Shown here one piece after another: positions 29,301-35,277 of a DNA stretch of 64,000 nucleotides. The notes under the pieces were generated by a model. That model was not told where the DNA came from. It searched no databases and saw only the letters and a list, made by a program, of their open reading frames with translations. Position numbers and translations under genes: made by a program. Each line of letters opens with the position of its first letter. Positions within the stretch are counted from its first letter, which is position 1. Source of the DNA: Myxococcota bacterium (lineage in GTDB: Bacteria; Myxococcota; UBA4151); contig JAYZBQ010000042.1 in NCBI GenBank assembly GCA_036338695.1, positions 20,696 to 84,695 on the forward strand, in the 5' to 3' direction.

Positions 29301-30359
29301 TCCCGAGAAGTTAACCTGCCAGTAGCTACCATAGCCAGACCGGACGGGGTGTGAGTAGTCACGGCACGCGTTGCCGCTCCCGTGCGAGTAGGTCCGCCCG
29401 CCTCGATACAGCCGAACGTAGCCGGACGACGGCCTGTCGAGGTTGATACGCACCCTGACGGTCGCTCGCGGTCCATCCACGGATATGTTCCTGCTCGTCA
29501 CCCTGTTTCCAAGGATCGGCGAGGTCATGCCCGACCAAACCGTTCTATGACCGCCATCGAAGTTGCGTATGTGTACGCAATATCTTTGCCCCGAGTAGCG
29601 ACCATCTGACGACCACCCTAGACCGCCAAAGGTCTGGTTGATGCTCGAACTTGTGGTCGTCCAAGTCTGCCTGTGCGAGCCACGGTGACAGTAACCGCCC
29701 GAGGCTGACCCGCCACGGTATATGTAGACCCTTGAGGTGGGATCTCCATAACCCGCAGTATAGTAGTGTCTGTACGCCTGCTGATATCTCTGTTGGTACG
29801 CCTCAAGGTAGCGCTCGCGGTAAGCCACCCTAACACGCACCTGGCGCCTCCTAAGCACCGCCACGTAGACACGCCGGAGCTCGCGCCGGTAGCCCCAGCT
29901 CCAGTAGTAGTACCAGTAGCAACGCGTGTAGCAGTAGGTTCGCCAACCGCAGCGACGCCACCACCAGCCACCCCAGCAAGAGTAGCGGCGGTAGCAGTAA
30001 CGGTAGCAGCGGTAGCCACGTCTCAGCACCCGGTAGCGAACGTACACCCAGCGATACTGCCACTCATAGGACCAGTAGTACTGCCAGCGGTATTCCCAGC
30101 GGTAAGACCAGCGATACGCCCAGCGGTATGCGGTGCGATACGCCCAGCGATAACGGATCTCGTAGTTCCGCTTGGTACCCCGGTTGAAGTTGTACCGGAC
30201 ATTAAGCCGCATGTTGTGTTGATCATGACTAACCCGGACGCTGCTAATATTCGGCGCAGGCTCCCACCACCACGCGTCCGCATCACCCGCCCAAAGACAG
30301 ATCACAAACGCCGCCGCTATGGGTGCGCTACGAACTATCGATCGTGCCAAGTTAACCAT
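23304..30359 (-). CDS. Giant (2351 aa) secreted multidomain protein: about 8 Cys-bridged Fn3-like repeats, NIDO-like and CBM60-like modules, HYR/Ig-like repeats, an acidic helical C-terminus and a Y/R/W hairpin insert
   Basis: Start reassigned to ATG 30359 (RBS GAGGAGG). Signal peptide ...GDADA|WWW. Repeats (I/L)YRGG..C...(Y/H)C; NIDO-like IGLPFKFIYFG...STDGW...IAPMFANL; CBM-like GRHTFRARFDND...DRNTVVDW; repeated DTTAP/ATDACD. Confidence 0.85.
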   Translation of the reverse strand: MVNLARSIVRSAPIAAAFVICLWAGDADAWWWEPAPNISSVRVSHDQHNMRLNVRYNFNRGTKRNYEIRYRWAYRTAYRWAYRWSYRWEYRWQYYWSYEWQYRWVYVRYRVLRRGYRCYRYCYRRYSCWGGWWWRRCGWRTYCYTRCYWYYYWSWGYRRELRRVYVAVLRRRQVRVRVAYRERYLEAYQQRYQQAYRHYYTAGYGDPTSRVYIYRGGSASGGYCHRGSHRQTWTTTSSSINQTFGGLGWSSDGRYSGQRYCVHIRNFDGGHRTVWSGMTSPILGNRVTSRNISVDGPRATVRVRINLDRPSSGYVRLYRGGRTYSHGSGNACRDYSHPVRSGYGSYWQVNFSGSSFSYDFSGLYRGHRYCVHLVNYRGPGREYQHAWMTPVVDYARLTNVRLDAINPDYPQLRAQVNTSFAAPIDMYLYKGGALSNGRCVNGQEVFRQRYGASSSFTRTFTNTNAWPRIARHTNYCLQAVTRDGGNRVAGHMVRSSRGTPHSLTGSINQEAASFTVRARWRRYAAADANLSLYRNGNCTGGPIKVVPIAWNRQSSLDYTFTPGNTPGIRRGYQYCARLALGQDVRTTNLGTLFNPEIQWMRASVNQYSGRINVTADWTYSSAYTVHLYRGGSPANGGCNNTQGLQASSSFPSEGSMNRTWSVARGYHYCIILRLNTGGDRRSLRTEFVLHYPQITFFQGTGNQAGMGIHLASQFRHAASWEAEVYRGSASGGNCSGSRIANRTGNAGFLDWRTAPVSQGTTHCVKVRAINGPLSVSQAANVDAFAATVSSAGYTATINNSRGWDNIADLRPSQIVNQDDRTVNIGLPFKFIYFGTIYNRLVASTDGWMSMGGANIGVDTAPANFGSPGDPNNLIAPMFANLYCNRLMWKHLRGAPERFIISWDCRERANGSRVEFQTVFVRGRNHIIYRYRDVHFARFRGGGWVKQGMSSGNNSVNLNGRLLPAAVSSGAVVSMRNPRYEEELPRVSGVTAVLNHPQASMQVSGRSHVPGDMEIRIYRGGGGNACAGGAFHAAYRTNGRATSISHNFTRLTRGTTYCVRVQSENTAGTGVGAVVTPELQLIPRILRNDVRLAATANATQRRVQIETLPAGDGECTPVNGNIHQCGAGGRVYTFTAPEEGQYVFKLRASATQAGPENAHFTFELDGQSIGRRELFSTSQSDFNELQVVANVTAGRHTFRARFDNDWCGGCGGNPDGLGRGDRNTVVDWYEVDGPYVKAGSTGTVTWSMQPNTTVGVVTQVAAPTTNNVIATDNAGQVRNTGTGNRVIRSNAITAGRPYFTRMTATNLAGQASTPWIERRFPAISGERVVSIDKANRTASLAFSVAPDAHASVQYRAAGTNRFTGCAGGNWQTLATGDSRGSHTARIANLNDNTYYCWRVVAEHSRGQPWRTVIQGPSRHFVFDRTAPRVTPPSYRVYEQDVQAGSRIAIARLGTPRVDDAVEGISLVATPFYCPRQVAQSCVAWDESAFRQKGTHYVRWRGVDAAGNEGFSAFQRFDVRDTTRPAYSGGPVKIVEAQSVAGTIVTLKNLTTNAPDANNFQATDACDARLDVTQETLVNGRYVSAATHRFARSTNPDGVGDHTVRVRVRDDSGNMTVGTYPVRIVDTTAPTFTLVPRAIVGLRDGCVTAYLPRPSVLDNSYPNNRLTLTKSHPDGPEDQGGTCWNEGGVMEGDIRVHTVRWTIADPQGNSRSTNMRVEVRRPTLTARVRVTSGGAEVEMGTYVRDDVSVQVTLLTRNQNCNEDPRTGQWDWIPIPTRVIQQPNQNLFTGIFAEDGNYIGGYVMVWHCDEFALIPDLSFGIDTIAPTHDFEKLINNAVDPDNVDTFLRQFVGNRLDLGGVTMNDERSGIQSITMILNPGDPGRPWGGEANLLRHTVRGRGVLITGSREVSGLDCVPGSEICVTANERPYLDMARLRTFDDDRTNQHRLRLQIRDFAGNVNTTDRYFLLRDYRSSLVDVKARVETMLEGAGGEDYEDDLNSTVTHLTESLGYWDARTRENAGPGFRDRQIAWSPSFSRAVNAANTLLLARRNDGPRVLSTFSKDIGSAMLGEMTMYVSTMEELRSESDLALEWWSNYIGRANAQLASGRQSNIGSVQAARARDGYNLLAHLYELEYDLYSRVQETRQTAMSVFGNEDSDAEELDEARIGLTVAIQRFLQWVFREQLRTARDVSRVGYTQLQGAIEKMGNVTRCTDQLILQGLNDRQFTLCYLNIVEVVDYFREIQSALVDTTHWRTTLAHTVYAMLDVSLHYSLNALTTFDGDEEDELDYREDQMALTGIAEWRAGMEQLQSGDVDGALNRYMANRCRIVRLYNRYWYDEEDPLLAEIDEAEYCQ
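30045..30152 (-). repeat. Degenerate 12-bp tandem repeat (TAY CGC TGG NNN) x9 encoding (Y-R-W-x)9
   Basis: Translation YRWA YRTA YRWA YRWS YRWE YRWQ YYWS YEWQ YRWV. Confidence 0.85.
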
Positions 30360-30396
30360 GTCTCTCATCCTCCTCTTTGCGCCTACCGCTAAGCGC

Positions 30397-31773
30397 CTAA
30401 GGGCAATCTGCCGGGATGCGGCAATGCCCTTGAATACCTTGTCCGTTCGCCACACAGCATGAGCCTGCGAGCTCATTGGTGCAGGTGGCTTGATTCTGCG
30501 TCACGCAAGCGAGCGTGCAGTACCATCTCGTGGGGTCATCAACACCCTGCAAGCACACCCCGCCACGCTGCTGACACGCCATGGGGTTGTTGCGAAACTC
30601 TGTGCAATCCGTGCCGATGAAGACACGCGGCCCAGCATCGTCGGGAGGCGGCGTTGCGTCAAAGGCGCCAAGATCCGGAATAGGACCGTAATCGAAGTTT
30701 GACGCGTCCGGCCTTGGGCCCTGACCAAAATCTGGAATCGGTCCGTCAAAGCCTGGAGGCAGAGTGTCGCCGATGATCTGAGCATCTGGCAGCGGCGGGG
30801 GCGGCGCGCCGTCTGGACATTCCCGAGCGTCTGCACACCCAGTACCCCACCAACCCATGTCTGGCTGAGGACCTGCGTCCTCGTTAAACCAACCGTAATC
30901 CGGGCGCGGCCCAATGTCCGCAGGCGGTTCGGCGTCTGGGAAGCCCAGATCCGGCAAGCCACCCTCGGGCGGGCCTTGATTGCCAATGTCTGGAAAGGGA
31001 CCCAGGTCCATCATGCCAGCATCCGGAGCCCAGAGGTCATCCACCGGAACGTCTGGCAACCCACCGTCAGCGTTGCCGATGTCGAGCCGCGCACCGTAGT
31101 CGGGGATACCGCCGTCGGCGAAGCCGTAGTCAGGAAGACCGGGACCATCAAAAACGCCCACATCGTTGTAGCCGCCAAGGTCCATACGTCCCGTATCGAT
31201 CATCGCAACATCGCCCGTGTCCCAGACCAACACATCCGGTAGCGCATCCACGTCGCGCCCGAGCATGAACTCCCCCGTGGTGTTGATGGCGGCCACGAAC
31301 TCGCCGTCAACGTAGGTCGACTCCACGGACTCCCACAGCTCACCGGCTTGGCTTCGATGCCACACCTTATAGCGCGCCAGCTCACCGACATCGAAGTTGT
31401 CCGGAACAACGATCGTGACCGTCGCCTCAACCGTGAGGCTCATGAAGGGGCGGACTCGCCACCCGTTGCCCTGGTGCACCACACCGACGGTTGGCGGGTT
31501 GTCCCAAACGGGGAAGGTATCGATAAGGCAATCGATCTCGTCGATACTGTGATACTGGATCCGAAACACGCCGCCCGCCGCAGCGCAGGCCTTGAAACCT
31601 GCGTCGTTCGCTCGGTTCCGCGGATCCGGCTCACCAGCAGCGACACAGCTACCGTCTCGGCAAATATACCCCGGACGGCAGTCTCCAGCGCCGACACACG
31701 TCCCTGAGCTGCCTACTGTGCAGCCTGCTCCAGCACCTAACATTGCGCTCAACACCACCAGATTGCGCAGCAC
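30397..31773 (-). CDS. Cys-rich lipoprotein with a ZU5-like domain and a long acidic P-D-x-G repeat linker
   Basis: Lipobox GAGC. N-terminal C-x5-C-x4-C-x4-C module, more than 15 PDxG/DxG units, C-terminal Cys-rich module. Ends 37 nt upstream of the giant gene. Confidence 0.75.
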   Translation of the reverse strand: MLRNLVVLSAMLGAGAGCTVGSSGTCVGAGDCRPGYICRDGSCVAAGEPDPRNRANDAGFKACAAAGGVFRIQYHSIDEIDCLIDTFPVWDNPPTVGVVHQGNGWRVRPFMSLTVEATVTIVVPDNFDVGELARYKVWHRSQAGELWESVESTYVDGEFVAAINTTGEFMLGRDVDALPDVLVWDTGDVAMIDTGRMDLGGYNDVGVFDGPGLPDYGFADGGIPDYGARLDIGNADGGLPDVPVDDLWAPDAGMMDLGPFPDIGNQGPPEGGLPDLGFPDAEPPADIGPRPDYGWFNEDAGPQPDMGWWGTGCADARECPDGAPPPPLPDAQIIGDTLPPGFDGPIPDFGQGPRPDASNFDYGPIPDLGAFDATPPPDDAGPRVFIGTDCTEFRNNPMACQQRGGVCLQGVDDPTRWYCTLACVTQNQATCTNELAGSCCVANGQGIQGHCRIPADCP

Positions 31774-31819
31774 CTTTGCCCCTTTCGTCGAACTCGACGG
31801 ACGCGTTCACGCCCAATAA

Positions 31820-31835
31820 TGCACAAACCATGCCG
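31820..31835 (-). promoter_or_regulatory. Sigma54 (-24/-12) promoter candidate for the lipoprotein/giant-protein operon
   Basis: CGGCAT-GGTTT-GTGCA (GG-N10-GC). Palindrome TGTGCA-N5-TGCACA at 31908-31924 is a candidate enhancer. Confidence 0.55.
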
Positions 31836-31953
31836 GCCTAAGCAGGCGAGCACAAGCCGTCCACACCCCTTATTTACGCTCATCGACACAATCGCGACGA
31901 CGTCCGCTGTGCAAATCCTGCACATAGGTCAGCGCAGAATGCGTCGATACGGC

Positions 31954-31990
31954 AAAAAAAGGAAACCCCCGCCGAAGCGAGGGCTCCTTT
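31954..31990 (-). terminator. Intrinsic terminator
   Basis: Minus strand GGAGCCCTCGC-TTCG-GCGGGGGTTTCC followed by TTTTTTT. Confidence 0.8.
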
Positions 31991-32009
31991 CTGCCGTGCC
32001 GTCGCAGAC

Positions 32010-35000
32010 CTACGGCGCGCTGACCCCGTAGAAGACGTCCTTGTCGTCTTCACGGTTCGCCCGCTTCTCCCAGACGGCGTGAATCGCGCCCCCCGGATCC
32101 ACAGCTGCGCTCGGCTTGTAGTCGTCTTGCTGGTCGTTGTCCTCGCCGTCGCGAGACTCAGTCATCACGACCACAGCCGGCTGCTCTCCGCCACCATCAT
32201 AGCTGCGATCGTAACGCCGTAAGACGATGTCCTTGTCGCCGCCTGCGCCGCGCGTCGGCGCGTCGGTTTGCCAAATCACCGAGACGGTCTGCGTCGTCAT
32301 GTCGCCTTCGACGCTGTGCACCACGATCTCCGGGCGGCGGTTAGCCGCGGTCGTGAACTCATCGCCTGCCGACGCCAGGAACGCACCTTCACCGTCCGTG
32401 CCACTCGTAAACGGAGCGCCCTGCTCGGTGTAGGCCCAGCGTACCGCTGTATTTTGACCGGCGCCACAACCGCCCTCAGCTAGCCACGCCACGTAGGCTC
32501 GCCCGTTGGGGTCCTCGGGATCAACAGCGACCACAGGGCTCGAGGTCTCCCGGATCGGGAACCCGTCCTCATCAAGGTTGCCCGCCTGACCGCAGTTTCC
32601 GTTGACCAACAGCGCCTCATTCCCAACGCCCGTATTCACGTAGAGGATGTCCACGTCATTCTCAGCGTCGCCGTCGAGGTCGCCATCATCTTCCCACACG
32701 ACGTGCGCAGCGCCTGAACCGTCCATCGCGATGTCCGGCTTGTCAGCGCCGTCTTCGCCGCCAGCCGTGTTGTCCGAGATGATCTGAGGCGTCCAAGCGC
32801 CTTCTTGGCTGGTCGCTAGGTACACCTCATACGCGCGCCCGGTGTTCTCGGACTGCGTGTCCACAACAAAGACGACCTGCGGCCCCATCGAACCAACGGC
32901 GATGCGCGGGTAGGTGGCGTCCATGCCAGAGATCCCTTGGGAAGTCAGCGAGGTGACATCCCCGAGACCGCCCTGAGCCTGTATAAACCCAGCCCAGCAA
33001 ACACCCGGCGTCTCAGGACTCTGCGGCTGCGGCGTCGCTCCCGCGTTGTTGCAGCTTGTATCGGAGATCGTTGGCGCTGTACCATCCCACGTCGTGTAGA
33101 CGACATTGGCTGATCCGTCGCGTCCACCGACACGCCCGGAGTCCGTCCAGACAAAGTGCCCGACCCCGTTTTCGTCGACGGCGACGTCCGGGGTGCTCCC
33201 ATTCGCCGAGTTGCGGACGTTGAGGATCACGGGGTCGCCCCACGTCCCATCCTCACCCAAGTGAGCCGCAGCGATCAACTCCATCTCACAAGCGTTCAGC
33301 CCGATACAGGTTTCCCACGTCGCGTAGACATCACCGTTCGGACCCACGCCGATGCGCGGCACCTGCGAGTTCCAGCTGTCTTGCTCGTTTGAGACGATCA
33401 ACGGCTCGCCGCTGCGGAACACAGCGATCTCGGAGCGGGTCTCCGTCCCTAAGCCGTCCGCTGCCACCACCCAGAGTTCGATACGAGCACCCTCTTCCGG
33501 GATCTGAATCACGCCAGTGTAGCGGCCGTCGTCTTCACCGGTCGGCTCAAGCGCCACGCCGTCACCTTCGCCGATTCCGACCCGGACGCTGTCGACGCCA
33601 TTGTAGGCGTCATACGCCTCCACCACGACGTTCGTGGCGCCCGTGTTGACCCACGAGTTCGCCCGGGGAGTGATCCACGTCACCACCGGGCCGGTGTTGT
33701 CCACGTTGAACAGACGCGCCGGGTTGTCTTCCTCGGCGGAGACGTTGCGCGCCATGTCGATCGCCGACAGGTAGATGTTGTTGTCGCCCTCAGCGAGGTC
33801 TACCGTCAGGCAGAACGCGCCGTCTGCGTCAGCGCTCCCCGAAGCCTGCGCTTGAATCACGCCGCCGGTGTCGGTGTTCTCGAGGCTCACCTCAGCATGC
33901 GGCTCCGTCGTCCCGCAGACCTCAATCGAGGCACCCGCCGTCGAGGTGGCATCTTCAGCGATCGGATTGCCGTCTTCATCTTTGTACACCACATCGGAGA
34001 AGGTTGGCGGGGTGAAATCCGTCGTAACCCACACATGCCGCTTACGCGTCTCGCGCTCACCTAAGACCGCCCAGACGCGCACGTGCTGAGTGACCTCTGC
34101 CGTGTCATCCGCAGCGTCGCAGGTCGTGCACTCCTTGGTGATATCCTGGCTCCACTGCACCTCATCGATCGCCTCGCGGAACTGCAACTCTGAGCTTCCA
34201 TCGATGCTCCCCTTGACCTCGGCGTCTTCACAGACCACCCCGATCATCGGGTACATCGAATAGCGATCATCGCCGGCGCCACCGACTAAGCTTGTCCAGA
34301 CACACAGACCAGCCTGTTCTTCACCGTCGACCGTCTTGGTGCAGTCCTTCTCGCTGTACTCGAGCGGTCGATTCTGGCGAATATTTCCCTCGCCGTCATA
34401 GGTCCGGTTGGCGATCGTCAACTGGCAGCCTACGTCATCGTAATCGACCTCTTTCGAGATCGGCGCCGAGCGCACATTCTGGGCGGTGACCGCAAAGAAG
34501 GTGAAGTTGTTCACATTCCGCGCTGGGTCGTCGGTGGTCTGGAGGTTCGCTCGCGCTTCCCAAGTCGTCGCCGCGTCTGGCGCCACAAGCAATGCATCGA
34601 CCACGACCTCGCCCTCAACCTGCTGGACCATGTAGACGCCAGTACCAGCCGGCTTGGTGCCGCCCCAGGTGATGCTCTGCTCTGCATACACAAAGACATC
34701 GCTGACCTCCGGAGCCGTGACGGTCACGGGATCCGGACGTACGGCGAGCAGGATCTCTACGCGTGTCTTTTTGCTTTTGTTGCCCGCGTTATCCACTGCG
34801 CGCAGCTCGAAGCTGTTCATCCCTTCAGCGAGCGTCACCTCGAAACTGAACTCGGTGGTCTCATCGAGCGGGGTCACCTCGGTGTCGCCGTTGTGGACCG
34901 CAACGCTGGCCTGCTTGATGCCAAAGATCGTGACCACGTCAGCGCAGCCGTCCGCTTCGCATTTGATCACGACGGAGGGCACATCCGGCGATACGATCGG

Positions 35001-35099
35001 CGCTTCGGGCGCCGAGTCATCGACCGTGCTATCGCCGCAGCCTGCGACGAGGGCAAATGGTGAGATCATTAAAGACAGCTTTAACAGGCGCCAGTTCAT
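32010..35099 (-). CDS. Large acidic lipoprotein with Ig-like repeats and a C-terminal beta-propeller
   Basis: Start reassigned to 35099. Lipobox VAGC; repeated L.EG.N...L.A.D.AGN.S Ig motif; repeated P.(I/V)AVD..G..H.VW blades. Confidence 0.8.
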   Translation of the reverse strand: MNWRLLKLSLMISPFALVAGCGDSTVDDSAPEAPIVSPDVPSVVIKCEADGCADVVTIFGIKQASVAVHNGDTEVTPLDETTEFSFEVTLAEGMNSFELRAVDNAGNKSKKTRVEILLAVRPDPVTVTAPEVSDVFVYAEQSITWGGTKPAGTGVYMVQQVEGEVVVDALLVAPDAATTWEARANLQTTDDPARNVNNFTFFAVTAQNVRSAPISKEVDYDDVGCQLTIANRTYDGEGNIRQNRPLEYSEKDCTKTVDGEEQAGLCVWTSLVGGAGDDRYSMYPMIGVVCEDAEVKGSIDGSSELQFREAIDEVQWSQDITKECTTCDAADDTAEVTQHVRVWAVLGERETRKRHVWVTTDFTPPTFSDVVYKDEDGNPIAEDATSTAGASIEVCGTTEPHAEVSLENTDTGGVIQAQASGSADADGAFCLTVDLAEGDNNIYLSAIDMARNVSAEEDNPARLFNVDNTGPVVTWITPRANSWVNTGATNVVVEAYDAYNGVDSVRVGIGEGDGVALEPTGEDDGRYTGVIQIPEEGARIELWVVAADGLGTETRSEIAVFRSGEPLIVSNEQDSWNSQVPRIGVGPNGDVYATWETCIGLNACEMELIAAAHLGEDGTWGDPVILNVRNSANGSTPDVAVDENGVGHFVWTDSGRVGGRDGSANVVYTTWDGTAPTISDTSCNNAGATPQPQSPETPGVCWAGFIQAQGGLGDVTSLTSQGISGMDATYPRIAVGSMGPQVVFVVDTQSENTGRAYEVYLATSQEGAWTPQIISDNTAGGEDGADKPDIAMDGSGAAHVVWEDDGDLDGDAENDVDILYVNTGVGNEALLVNGNCGQAGNLDEDGFPIRETSSPVVAVDPEDPNGRAYVAWLAEGGCGAGQNTAVRWAYTEQGAPFTSGTDGEGAFLASAGDEFTTAANRRPEIVVHSVEGDMTTQTVSVIWQTDAPTRGAGGDKDIVLRRYDRSYDGGGEQPAVVVMTESRDGEDNDQQDDYKPSAAVDPGGAIHAVWEKRANREDDKDVFYGVSAP

Positions 35100-35277
35100 A
35101 GGAAACGCTCCAAGGCCTAATACCATTGGGGTGGAGTTTGTCAGGCGAAGTCCCGACGCGCAACCCATCCCGTGATGTCGTTGTGAACCAGTGAGCGACA
35201 TGACGCCGACAAACCTTTAGCTCGAAAGGTCACGGCGAGTCCTTCACGAACGCTCTTGTCTTCAGTACATCTACCCT

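Noticed and set aside
29919..30152. Short periodic repeats as a CRISPR array or diversity-generating retroelement region
   Set aside because: The repeats are 12-bp, in-frame and degenerate with no spacers. No cas gene, reverse transcriptase or template-repeat copy was seen in the window.
30360..30476. ORF-track start of the giant gene at 30476
   Set aside because: It overlaps the upstream gene by 80 nt. ATG 30359 has a strong RBS and yields a proper signal peptide.
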